The position numbers were made by a program, and so were the translations under genes. Of a stretch of DNA of 64,000 bases, positions 9,121-18,012 are shown piece by piece. The stretch is from contig JAIOSL010000043.1 in assembly GCA_021107635.1 (NCBI GenBank), positions 9,873 through 73,872 on the forward strand. Direction: 5' to 3'. How positions within the stretch are numbered: the stretch's first letter is position 1; every line of letters begins with the position of its first letter. The DNA comes from an archaeon (GTDB taxonomy: Archaea; B1Sed10-29; WALL01; JAGHAM01). A model generated the notes under the pieces. That model was not told the origin of the DNA, made no database searches, and worked only from the letters and a program-made list of their open reading frames with translations.

Positions 9121-11544
9121 TTAATGACGTTTAAACGCAAAGAACGCTATTCCTGGCAATACAACAATCACCAACAAAAGCACTGTCAAAGGATACTCAT
9201 CACCAGTGAATTCAGTATCAATATGAATAACTAAACTTGTCTTGTCAACCGTGTATATTATTGACTGGTCAGCAAGATCATGAATAGTAGCATTAACCGT
9301 GTACATTCCAGGAGAAGAAGGAATCCAAGAAAAACCACGATTTCTTAAAGTTGAACCAGGAAGACTCTCCTCAATCCTTGAACCAACAAAAACCAAGTCA
9401 TCGCTTTCATTAAACACTCTTAACGTTATGTTATAGCTAGAACCCTTACCACCCTTATTATAAACTAAAACAAAAGTATCAGAACGTATTCCATCCACTA
9501 TAGGCTGAACCAATTCAATTTCCTCAACCACCAACTGAGCAGGAGGCAAATCCACCTCAAGCACTGTCGAAGCATTATCAGAAATCCGGCTAGTCTTATT
9601 AGTAACCATTAAATCCACAGTATAAATCCCAGGAGCACCACACGGAAAATTAGGAGTTATCTCAGCACTATGCCAAACACCAAAAGCAGCAGGACCCTTA
9701 ACAGTCCAATAAAAATCAAAAATCGTATCAAGAGAAGTTTCATCACAAGAATGTAAAGGAGAACACCCACACGGAGTGAAATTCTGACAAGAATTAGAAG
9801 CATTAAAAGTCACAACTTGACCCGCATTACAGTAATAAGGTCCAGAAACATTAGCTAAAGGAGCACTAGCATAAAAAGAAATATCCCAATAATCAATTTG
9901 AGGCATTTCCCCATAAACATCCGTGAACATCTCACCATACAAAACAACAGAAGGAATATCCACAACAGGAATACTGGTTACATCAATACATCTCGCCTCA
10001 GAAGCATCAGAAAAAATATTAGAACACTCAGAACAACCAGAAATAATAAAACCAGAACCATTCAACACATAAAAAGTAGAATTAGTGCTTGCTGTATGCG
10101 CATTATCAAAACAAAAACTACCCCAACCCTTCAAAGGCTCTCCAGGACTTATAAGAACAGGATCTCGCTCAAGTGAATTTATGTGACCACTCATGTAAGC
10201 CCCAAACGCATTTATGTCAGTTATAGAAATATTCCCGCCAGAACTAGAACCAATAGAAATGTTTATTTCACAAAATTTCTCTTCAGTAATCGGATCTGTC
10301 ACGTTAGTACAAGCAGCACAACTACAAACAGGACTCGTCTGCAAATGATACATAAGCCAATCAGCAATATCCACAACATTTCCAAACCCAAGTTCTCCTG
10401 CCTTAGTCCATTCTTGAGTGCCATTCCCACCAACATCAATATACACATCCTCAGGAGTACTAAACGCAATATTTCTTGCAATCATTTCATAGATTTGACT
10501 GAGCTCAGCCGCACCCGGTGCAAAATAATAATATCCCCTAGCATCAGTTCCAGAAGCATTAACAGCAGCAGCCATCGCAGTCAAAGTAGCAGTGTTAGCT
10601 CCACTCCCAAAACCAATAGCATACAAAGAAATGTTAGCAGCTCCTGCTTCCCCTGACTTAGTAACAGCCTCAATTAAAGCATCAGCAGGATCTTGAGGAG
10701 CATCACAATAATCATCAATTCCCCCACATAATCCTGTGGACCAACAACTTCCTAAAACATCTCTTGCATCACCATCAGTCATCAACAAGATAACCTTATT
10801 GTCAGATAGTGTGTAGCTCTCCAAAAGATTCATTGAAACTTCAAGACCCGCACTTATCGGAGTGTCTCCATAAGCATCATAAGTGTTTATACTAGAATTC
10901 AAAGAATTATTGTCATCGCTCATACAATGATCCACTTCAGCGTGAGCAAGATAAGTTGGCCAACCAGTCCAATAACCATAAGATACCAAACCCAACCGAG
11001 TATCTAAATGCTCACTCCCATTCAAAATAGTGAAAGTAAAATTTCGAGCTGCATTCTTCGCATCACACATTTTACAACCACAAGGACAGCCAGCACCAAC
11101 GCAAGTAGCAGGATTACAATTACCACAGGGGTTCGGAATAGGACCTCCGGCATAACAATCAAAATACATGCTTCCAGAAACATCTGTAGCAACTACAGAA
11201 CCAACCGGCCTAGGCTCATTTATAACAAGCACCAAACCAGTCATATTTAGAGTAAAAGTAGTAAGATTAATGTCCAAAGGAAGCACAATTAACATGGTAG
11301 AATTTTCTCCAGAAGCCTGAATAGACAAATTCATCTCAGAAGAACCATCAGACAAATTAATCTCATAAGCATCAGCCAAACCCATATACCCATCAGGACA
11401 AAAATGGTAATAGCCAGTTGAATTCTGAATATCAACATAATTAGTCTGAACACCAAGTTCACAAAACTCATCTCTCCAAACACCAGAAAAACACACCGGC
11501 AAAAGCACCAACAAAACCAACACACCAGAAATAAGCTTAGTCAT
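9121..11544 (-). CDS. Large secreted, anchored vWA/PKD-like/CARDB-like surface protein (copy 2, paralogue of 5740..8202)
   Basis: Same architecture as copy 1: ATDVSGSM, LLMTDGDA, AIGFGSGAN, and the identical central peptide WLMYHLQTSPVCSCAACTNVTDPITEEKFCEINISIGSSSGG. The ATG at 11544 is preceded by AGGTGA. Confidence 0.8.
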   Translation of the reverse strand: MTKLISGVLVLLVLLPVCFSGVWRDEFCELGVQTNYVDIQNSTGYYHFCPDGYMGLADAYEINLSDGSSEMNLSIQASGENSTMLIVLPLDINLTTFTLNMTGLVLVINEPRPVGSVVATDVSGSMYFDCYAGGPIPNPCGNCNPATCVGAGCPCGCKMCDAKNAARNFTFTILNGSEHLDTRLGLVSYGYWTGWPTYLAHAEVDHCMSDDNNSLNSSINTYDAYGDTPISAGLEVSMNLLESYTLSDNKVILLMTDGDARDVLGSCWSTGLCGGIDDYCDAPQDPADALIEAVTKSGEAGAANISLYAIGFGSGANTATLTAMAAAVNASGTDARGYYYFAPGAAELSQIYEMIARNIAFSTPEDVYIDVGGNGTQEWTKAGELGFGNVVDIADWLMYHLQTSPVCSCAACTNVTDPITEEKFCEINISIGSSSGGNISITDINAFGAYMSGHINSLERDPVLISPGEPLKGWGSFCFDNAHTASTNSTFYVLNGSGFIISGCSECSNIFSDASEARCIDVTSIPVVDIPSVVLYGEMFTDVYGEMPQIDYWDISFYASAPLANVSGPYYCNAGQVVTFNASNSCQNFTPCGCSPLHSCDETSLDTIFDFYWTVKGPAAFGVWHSAEITPNFPCGAPGIYTVDLMVTNKTSRISDNASTVLEVDLPPAQLVVEEIELVQPIVDGIRSDTFVLVYNKGGKGSSYNITLRVFNESDDLVFVGSRIEESLPGSTLRNRGFSWIPSSPGMYTVNATIHDLADQSIIYTVDKTSLVIHIDTEFTGDEYPLTVLLLVIVVLPGIAFFAFKRH
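10235..10359. repeat. Second copy of the 125-nt identical block (partner 6863..6987)
   Basis: Same by-eye alignment as for the partner block. Confidence 0.8.
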
Positions 11545-12364
11545 TAGAATCACCTACAAAAGAAAAACACATTGCTCCATCAATAGTGCCATTAAATGCT
11601 AAAACAGTGTCTCCCAAAGTAATATTTTCATTAAGATTCAAAATCTTAGTTTCTTCAGCACCAAAGTAACTAATTGAAACCTCCACAGTTTCTTCAGAAC
11701 TATTCTCTAAAAAAGACGAACTGAACAAAAAATCACCAATTTTAATTTTCTGACTGTTTAAAACTGAAAAGTCTTCTTCAGCATTTAATTCACGATAATC
11801 CAAATTCAACCAAACACCATGATGTACATTCTTCAACACAGAAAGCTTGTAAGAGTTAAGATCTGCTCCATCCCAATACCACACATCAATAACAGTTCCT
11901 TCCTCAGGTCTTAAAACTTCTTCTTTTCCACTCGGAAAACTCACATCAACACGCGTTTTAGTATAATCAGATAACAAAAACTCAATGTCATCAACAGAAA
12001 CCTTCTGATTAAAGCACACGGAAAAATTCTCTCCAAGACTAGCCGTTTTAGAACCATAATTGGATGTTGTGCAAGCACATTCCACCGGCAAATCCTGAGG
12101 ACAACTCAAACAATCCTCCCTCGGATCAGCAATACCATTCCCACAAATCCACATTCCAGCATAAGGATCAACGCTAGGGTTATCAACCTTTGGGACAGGA
12201 ATATCCTTGACATCAGGAAGAGGAGCATTGTTAACATCTACTTTTGGAACAACCCTAGGACGAAGCAAAGCATAAAAAATAAGCAAAATAAACGATAATA
12301 AAACTAACCCGATTACAACCTTAATCAAAAGAGGAGAAGAATCCTTTTTTAAACGTTTAACCAT
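11537..12364 (-). CDS. N-terminally anchored Cys-motif protein (copy 2, paralogue of 8195..9049)
   Basis: MVKRLKKDSSPLLIKVVIGLVLLSFILLIF forms a TM helix. The motif PYAGMWICGNGIADPREDCLSCPQDLPVECAC is present. Its stop overlaps the downstream ATG as ATGACTAA. Confidence 0.7.
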   Translation of the reverse strand: MVKRLKKDSSPLLIKVVIGLVLLSFILLIFYALLRPRVVPKVDVNNAPLPDVKDIPVPKVDNPSVDPYAGMWICGNGIADPREDCLSCPQDLPVECACTTSNYGSKTASLGENFSVCFNQKVSVDDIEFLLSDYTKTRVDVSFPSGKEEVLRPEEGTVIDVWYWDGADLNSYKLSVLKNVHHGVWLNLDYRELNAEEDFSVLNSQKIKIGDFLFSSSFLENSSEETVEVSISYFGAEETKILNLNENITLGDTVLAFNGTIDGAMCFSFVGDSND

Positions 12365-12590
12365 TAAAATTACACCAGTAAAATAAAAAGAAGTAGAAGT
12401 ATATAATAATAAGGAAAAAAAGTGCAAGAAGAAAAGTAAAACTTTACGTAAGATTACGAAATTCTTTTATAATACCTCTTCCATAAGTTAGTTTGGAGAG
12501 TGCTTTCCGTTTTTTAAAAAAACCTACCAAGAGTTCCCTAACCAAGCGCGCGAGCCCTCTCCAACCTTTCTCGCATCGGGGGGTGCAAGA

Positions 12591-12749
12591 ATGCGAAGAG
12601 ACGTTGAAAAAGTTATTAATAGTTATAAAAATGGAGAAATAGGACTCTTTGAGGCATCTAAAATTGTTGATATGCATCCTAAAGAGTTTCTTGATGTTCT
12701 AGTACAAAGAAATAAATTAAAAGCTGCAGCTATTTGCAGCTCTGCATAA
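12591..12749 (+). CDS. Small ORF (52 aa), possibly a UPF0175-like HTH protein
   Basis: MRRDVEKVINSYKNGEIGLFEASKIVDMHPKEFLDVLVQRNKL... resembles the UPF0175 pattern (y..g.iSlg.AAe.ag....eF...l...). It is below the track cutoff and has no partner toxin gene. Confidence 0.3.
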   Translation: MRRDVEKVINSYKNGEIGLFEASKIVDMHPKEFLDVLVQRNKLKAAAICSSA

Positions 12750-12766
12750 AAAAAATCAGAAAAAGA

Positions 12767-13030
12767 TTATTTTATTAGATTTTCATCTACAACAATAACA
12801 TCACTAACAGCGAAAATTGCTTTGAAAGGAATAGCAATAAATTCTTCTTCATTTCTTGGCAGTTTCTGTGCGAACTTACTGTCTTCTGAAGGTTCAACGA
12901 GGAATGTGTCCAACTCACCAGACCTTTCTTCTATTTTAATGTCGCTCAGCCTTCCAACTTCTTCTCCTTTGTTAGTTATGACCCTCTTTCCGCCGAGCTG
13001 TTTAGCTATTGCAAATTTTCTTGTGGTCAT
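12767..13030 (-). CDS. PRC-barrel domain protein
   Basis: 87 aa. LGGKRVITNKGEEVGRLSDIKIEERSGELDTFLVEP is a typical PRC-barrel core. Confidence 0.75.
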   Translation of the reverse strand: MTTRKFAIAKQLGGKRVITNKGEEVGRLSDIKIEERSGELDTFLVEPSEDSKFAQKLPRNEEEFIAIPFKAIFAVSDVIVVDENLIK

Positions 13031-13119
13031 TTAAATCACTGTGGATACTTACTCTTTGAGCCTATAAAAGCTTTTCGTTAACTCAAAGGCGCATAGAAAG
13101 CAATAATAGGAGGAAAAAC

Positions 13120-14058
13120 TTGAATCTAAGCATGATTTCGAAAGAGTTGAAAGAAGAACTCATGCGACAACAATATCGCTTAGCAGGCAACCACTCAGCA
13201 GTAAAAGTTTGCCATTGGACTAAAGAAAGCCTTGTGAACGATAGACAATGCTATAAACAACAATTTTATGGCATTAACAGCCATCGCTGCCTGCAGATGA
13301 CGCCAGCGGTAGCATGGTGTCAACAACGCTGCCTCTTCTGTTGGAGAACATACAAAGACACAACTCCAGACCAAAAATGGGATGCTCCTGATGAAATAAT
13401 TGAAAAGAGTATTGAAGCACAACGAGAATTACTACAAGGGTATTATGGTTTTGACAAAGTCAACAAAGCCAAACTCGATGAAGCCATGAATCCAAACCAA
13501 GTAGCAATCAGCCTAGCAGGAGAACCCACACTTTATCCACACTTAAGTCAGTTAATCGATGCTTTCAACGAACGCAAATTCACTACGTTCCTCGTCACAA
13601 ACGGCCTTGCCCCGAAAGTTCTCTCAGAACTATCCCTACCAACACAACTATACATTTCGCTCAGCGCGCCAACTGAAAGCGTGCACAAGAAACTGAACGT
13701 TCCTATGATTCCGGGCACATGGAAAGCACTGAACGACAGCCTCGAGCTGATGCCATCACTGGACACGAGAAAAGTCATTAGAATTACATTGGTTAAAGGC
13801 TGGAATGATATTAATCCAGAGCTTTATGCGAAATTGATTAGCAAAGCACAACCTGATTTTGTGGAAGTGAAAAGTTACATGTTCGTTGGTGACAGCAGAA
13901 AACGAATGACCATAGAAAACATGCCATACCATGAAGACACAAAAGCATTTGCAGAACAAATAGAGCAACGCCTGGAAGGGTATAAGATAGTTGATGAAAA
14001 GAAAGCGTCTAGAGTAGTCTTATTAAGTAATGGAAAAAAAGGAATGATAAAATCGTGA
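13120..14058 (+). CDS. taw1: tRNA 4-demethylwyosine synthase (radical SAM, Taw1/TYW1)
   Basis: The radical-SAM cluster CQQRCLFCWR is present, with TYW1-like flanks (HSAVKVCHWTKESL, ISLAGEPTLYP). The TTG start at 13120 lies 6 nt downstream of GGAGG; an alternative ATG is at 13132. Confidence 0.85.
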   Translation: MNLSMISKELKEELMRQQYRLAGNHSAVKVCHWTKESLVNDRQCYKQQFYGINSHRCLQMTPAVAWCQQRCLFCWRTYKDTTPDQKWDAPDEIIEKSIEAQRELLQGYYGFDKVNKAKLDEAMNPNQVAISLAGEPTLYPHLSQLIDAFNERKFTTFLVTNGLAPKVLSELSLPTQLYISLSAPTESVHKKLNVPMIPGTWKALNDSLELMPSLDTRKVIRITLVKGWNDINPELYAKLISKAQPDFVEVKSYMFVGDSRKRMTIENMPYHEDTKAFAEQIEQRLEGYKIVDEKKASRVVLLSNGKKGMIKS

Positions 14059-14624
14059 ACAAATCAAGAGAACTAGTTAAAAAAAATGTGATATTGAAGA
14101 AAAAGGTTTTGCCAGAAGGTTATATGAAAACTAGTTTTCATAAAATTAAATATGATGTGTATAGTAAAAAACCAAGAGAATCATTTTTTAAAAATGTTTC
14201 TAAAGAATTAGAAAAACAGATTAGGAAAACTACATCTGAAAAAAGACTTGGAAGTGTAGAGGTTGTTTGTTGGCCAGCAGGACAGCGACCAGAACATTTT
14301 CCTGAATTATTCAAAAAAGTTAAAAAACAAAACTTGAATGATCACTCCCTTGTTGCAGACATTAAAACATTTTGGCCTTTAGCAAAAACCCCAATGATAG
14401 AACATGAAGGACTAATTCTAAAGAATAAAGGAAGAGGAGTAGGTGGAAAAGTTCTTGATGAAATATTAGAAGACCTAGAAAAAAATCATGAGGTCAAAGC
14501 TATTTTTGCTACTACTGAACAAAAAGACATGCAAATGCTTCTCACATCAAGAAACTTTCAACCACCAAAAAAATCAAGAATGAAAAAATCCATGCTTGAC
14601 TATGTATATATAAAAAAGCTCTAA
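14055..14624 (+). CDS. Putative GNAT-family acetyltransferase-like protein
   Basis: KNKGRGVGGKVLDEILEDL resembles the GNAT motif A (R/Q-x-x-G-x-G/A). The GTG start overlaps the taw1 stop (GTGA). Confidence 0.45.
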   Translation: MNKSRELVKKNVILKKKVLPEGYMKTSFHKIKYDVYSKKPRESFFKNVSKELEKQIRKTTSEKRLGSVEVVCWPAGQRPEHFPELFKKVKKQNLNDHSLVADIKTFWPLAKTPMIEHEGLILKNKGRGVGGKVLDEILEDLEKNHEVKAIFATTEQKDMQMLLTSRNFQPPKKSRMKKSMLDYVYIKKL

Positions 14625-14782
14625 GAGCCTTTTCCTTTAGCAGTTTTTTTGCTCTTTTTTCCTTCAGGTTTAGAAGGTTCTATCTTAATGCGCAAAATAT
14701 CTTGCATTACTTGAGGTATGGGCTTATCATACTGGTATGACAATTCGAGAATTTTGAATCTTATTTCCATTAACTCGTTCAT
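14621..14782 (-). CDS. Small ORF (53 aa) translationally coupled to thyX
   Basis: Below the track cutoff. Its ATG overlaps the thyX stop as ATGA. Sequence: MNELMEIRFKILELSYQYDKPIPQVMQDILRIKIEPSKPEGKKSKKTAKGKGS. No motif recognised. Confidence 0.35.
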   Translation of the reverse strand: MNELMEIRFKILELSYQYDKPIPQVMQDILRIKIEPSKPEGKKSKKTAKGKGS

Positions 14783-15492
14783 TTTGAATCACCTTGAATA
14801 GAAAACAATGCTTCACTAGTTCTAGGCTTACCACAACTAAACTTACCTTCAGGACAACCACCATTCACACAACCAGGACCAGCATTCTCAAAAATTGTTG
14901 GAGCAACTTTTTTGACTTCCGCAAGCATCAAATCAGCAAGCTGTCTAATTTCCCATTGAGCCCGATTACAACAACGAAGCTTGAAAAAATTCAATAACGC
15001 ACGAGCATTCATTGTAACCACAATACTCGTATGCATTGCGTTCGGCAGGAGGTATCGCGCGTCTTCAGTAGGAACGCCATTTTCACGTAGCTTGGAATAA
15101 GTTTCAAAACATTGGTTGATGAGCTGTTGATATTCTTTTAAGTGTTCTGGATTAGCTTTTATTGAATCAGGTACCGTATACGCTTCTTCAGAAAGCTTTA
15201 CATAGCGCTGACTTTGTTGAGTGTAAGTAGCAATACGATGCCTTACTAGTTCATGAGTCAATGTTCTTGACACCCCACTGACATTAAAAGTAAACACAGC
15301 ATGCTCTATTACAGATAAGTGTCCTCTAGAAATAACATTACGCAGTAGCCCTTTCGCTTTCTTTTCATCTAGTTCATCAAAAAAATTGTCTCCTAACCGT
15401 TCTTTTGTACTGGCATAAGCAGCTGCTGCACAAGTTATTTCAGGATTAGGGGTGTGATTAACAAGAGTTACATGCATGATAGGTCCTCGCAA
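14779..15492 (-). CDS. thyX: FAD-dependent thymidylate synthase ThyX
   Basis: The ThyX signature is present: LTHELVRHRIATYTQQSQRY (RHRxxSxxxxSxRY). Confidence 0.9.
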   Translation of the reverse strand: MRGPIMHVTLVNHTPNPEITCAAAAYASTKERLGDNFFDELDEKKAKGLLRNVISRGHLSVIEHAVFTFNVSGVSRTLTHELVRHRIATYTQQSQRYVKLSEEAYTVPDSIKANPEHLKEYQQLINQCFETYSKLRENGVPTEDARYLLPNAMHTSIVVTMNARALLNFFKLRCCNRAQWEIRQLADLMLAEVKKVAPTIFENAGPGCVNGGCPEGKFSCGKPRTSEALFSIQGDSK

Positions 15493-15534
15493 GCTAATTT
15501 ATATGTTCAAGACATAAAAAGACTAGTGGTGTTC

Positions 15535-15702
15535 ATGGTCTGGCCTTTTAAAAACGAAGAAAAGCCGATTGAAGAAGAATCTGGTAAAGGTCCTGAATGT
15601 GCTGCTTGCGGTCAACCCGGAGCAGATAAAAAATATGGTGGTCAATACTGGCACAAAAAATGCTTGAGAAAAGCCAAAAAACAAGCAAAGAGTATGTTTT
15701 AA
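15535..15702 (+). CDS. Small putative zinc-binding protein (55 aa)
   Basis: MVWPFKNEEKPIEEESGKGPECAACGQPGADKKYGGQYWHKKCLRKAKKQAKSMF has a CxxC...HxxC arrangement. A TATA-like AATTTATATG lies about 30 nt upstream. Its stop abuts the next ATG. Confidence 0.4.
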   Translation: MVWPFKNEEKPIEEESGKGPECAACGQPGADKKYGGQYWHKKCLRKAKKQAKSMF

Positions 15703-16830
15703 ATGGATGACGAAATTGGAGTGAAAAGCTTTGGAGTGCTTGCAGTACTCGCACTCCTTTTTGCAGTAGTAAATGTGTTAGTAGTACTTTATCTTCAAGA
15801 ACATGCAGGTGTAAGACTTCCGAACTGCGGTGATTGTCAGTATTTAGCAGGCGGAAAATGTTTTGATTATGAATGTTGTGAAGACGAACATTGTTTGACC
15901 ATCCAAACTTGCAGAGGTCATATTTGTTACGATTTGGACTGCCCTTTGAATAAAACAGAGAATCATGCTTGTGTATACCAAATGAAAGATCTTTTAATTA
16001 GAATAAACCAGACTAACGTGTCTAACATAAGTGAAAAAATTAAAGAAATAGAATGCTTGGATCCTTCAGATTGTTTGGACAACCAAACTTGCGAAAATAA
16101 TAAATGTGTAAAAGTTGAGTGTGAACCTGGAATAGTAATATACAATCATACCTGCACAGGAAAAGCATGCATAAATAACATAGATTGTGAACAGGAAGAT
16201 GTATGCATTAGAAACATTTGCACTCCACTAGAATGTGGCACATGTCAATATCCTGCCAATCACACCTGCATAAACTATGAATGCTGTGATTACACAGACT
16301 GTGGTTTTGAAGAAACTTGTGAAGAACATTCCTGTAAAAAACTAAATTGTACTGGAAAAACAATATTTTTCGCAGGAAAATGCGTAACTCCAGAATGTTC
16401 AGAAGATAGTGAGTGTGAAGATGGAATAAACACCAATAAGGACACTTGCTTGGATCCAGGAAAACCATATGCTAGATGCACTCATGAATGGAAAATAGCT
16501 AATTTCACGGGGGATGCAACCCTAACACTAAATTTGAACCAGACAGCATATAACAAAGGGAAAAATTCCAGAATAACATTTTTAGACTATAAAGAAGATG
16601 ACAACTATTTTTGGACAGATCGAGCAAAAATCGACTTTTCGCTTTGGGGACAACACAGAGAAGAATGGATCATAAAACCCCCAGGATACGTTAACACAAC
16701 ATATGCAGCAATACACTACTGGCAGAATATTACAATCAATGGACAAAGAATCACAATAATAATGGACAGCGTAGAAAAAAGTACGCTAAAAGCAAAACTT
16801 CATGTTAAATATTATAACGTGACAGGGTGA
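15703..16830 (+). CDS. Secreted or anchored Cys-rich repeat protein (type A)
   Basis: N-terminal TM helix, then repeated C..C....C.DYECC.D..C....C..h.C modules and many N-x-S/T sequons. Confidence 0.65.
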   Translation: MDDEIGVKSFGVLAVLALLFAVVNVLVVLYLQEHAGVRLPNCGDCQYLAGGKCFDYECCEDEHCLTIQTCRGHICYDLDCPLNKTENHACVYQMKDLLIRINQTNVSNISEKIKEIECLDPSDCLDNQTCENNKCVKVECEPGIVIYNHTCTGKACINNIDCEQEDVCIRNICTPLECGTCQYPANHTCINYECCDYTDCGFEETCEEHSCKKLNCTGKTIFFAGKCVTPECSEDSECEDGINTNKDTCLDPGKPYARCTHEWKIANFTGDATLTLNLNQTAYNKGKNSRITFLDYKEDDNYFWTDRAKIDFSLWGQHREEWIIKPPGYVNTTYAAIHYWQNITINGQRITIIMDSVEKSTLKAKLHVKYYNVTG

Positions 16831-16866
16831 ACATTTAATACCTAGAAAAAACAAAAATAGGATTCA

Positions 16867-17319
16867 ATGGCTGATTCTAAAAGAATGGACTTAGACCACT
16901 ACTTCATGAGCATAGCAGAACTAGTAGCAAAACGATCCACCTGCCTCAGACAAAATGTTGGAGCAGTACTAGTCAAAGATAAACACCTGTTATCCACCGG
17001 TTACAACGGTGCTCCCTCAGGTCTCAAACACTGTTTGGATATTGGATGTTTGAGAGAACAACTTAAAATCCCTTCAGGTGAACGCCACGAACTATGTAGA
17101 GCAGTGCATGCTGAACAAAACGCAGTAATACAAGCAGCCTTGCATGGAGTAAACACAAAAGGTTCAACACTTTATTGTACTCACACCCCTTGCAGCCTAT
17201 GCGCGAAAATACTAATAAATGCCAAGATAAAGCGTGTGGTCTACAAAGGAGAATATCCTGATGATTTTGCTAGAGGATATTTTGAAGACGCTGGAATAGA
17301 ATGTATGAAGATTGACTGA
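16867..17319 (+). CDS. dCMP deaminase
   Basis: The cytidine/deoxycytidylate deaminase zinc motifs VHAEQNAV and PCSLCAKIL are present. Confidence 0.85.
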   Translation: MADSKRMDLDHYFMSIAELVAKRSTCLRQNVGAVLVKDKHLLSTGYNGAPSGLKHCLDIGCLREQLKIPSGERHELCRAVHAEQNAVIQAALHGVNTKGSTLYCTHTPCSLCAKILINAKIKRVVYKGEYPDDFARGYFEDAGIECMKID

Positions 17320-17328
17320 GATGTTTGA

Positions 17329-18012
17329 ATGAACATAGGGAAAATAATCGATCAAGACTTTAAGATATGGAAAGGCAAAACCAGTTTTGTGATAAACGTA
17401 CAAGGCTGCAATATGGCTTGTCCTTACTGCAACAATAAAGACTGCGTAAAAAATGCCCTTTCGAAAAAAGATTGGAGACCAGCTTTTGAACAAGTAAAAC
17501 ATTCTGTAAATAGCGTAGTTATCACTGGAGGAGAACCATTAATACAACAACACCTTAGCATATTCTGTAAAAAAATAAAACTAGCTGGTATGAAAGTACG
17601 CTTGGAAACCAACGGCTCCAACCCAGAAGTACTATCTCAACTAATCCAAAGAAAGGTTGTGGATAGTGTTGCATTAGACATTAAAGCTCCATTTAATGAC
17701 TATCCGAGAATAGCCAAGAGTGGAGATTCCATGAAAGTTAAAAAAAGCATGGACCTGCTTCAAAACAGTAAAGTAGAACACGAATTCAGAACCACTTGGA
17801 CTCCAGACCTAACAGAAGAACAACTGCTTGCCATAGCAAGACAATGCAAGGGCATTTGGATACTCCAACAATTCATTCCAGGCAACTGTTTAAACCCATC
17901 ATATGACACAAAACCATTAACACCATACGAACAAATACTAAACCTTGCTAAAAAAGCAGAAGGGCCAACAGAAAAAAGAATACTCAGCGAAAAAGGCGAA
18001 GAAGTGGTCTAA
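17329..18012 (+). CDS. Radical SAM activating enzyme (NrdG/PflA-like family)
   Basis: INVQGCNMACPYCNN (CxxxCxxC) and ITGGEPL are present. No cognate glycyl-radical enzyme lies in the window. Confidence 0.75.
   Translation: MNIGKIIDQDFKIWKGKTSFVINVQGCNMACPYCNNKDCVKNALSKKDWRPAFEQVKHSVNSVVITGGEPLIQQHLSIFCKKIKLAGMKVRLETNGSNPEVLSQLIQRKVVDSVALDIKAPFNDYPRIAKSGDSMKVKKSMDLLQNSKVEHEFRTTWTPDLTEEQLLAIARQCKGIWILQQFIPGNCLNPSYDTKPLTPYEQILNLAKKAEGPTEKRILSEKGEEVV

Noticed and set aside
5740-11544. A diversity-generating retroelement (template and variable repeat pair) as the explanation for the near-identical blocks in the two vWA paralogues
   Set aside because: No reverse transcriptase gene lies in the window. 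The identical block is in the middle of the genes rather than in a C-terminal lectin-like variable region. The mismatches flanking it are not restricted to adenine positions.
12444-12677. 77-aa minus-strand ORF in the intergenic region
   Set aside because: No motif or ribosome-binding site is present, its composition is odd, and it overlaps the GC-rich complementary segments and the better-looking plus-strand mini-ORF.
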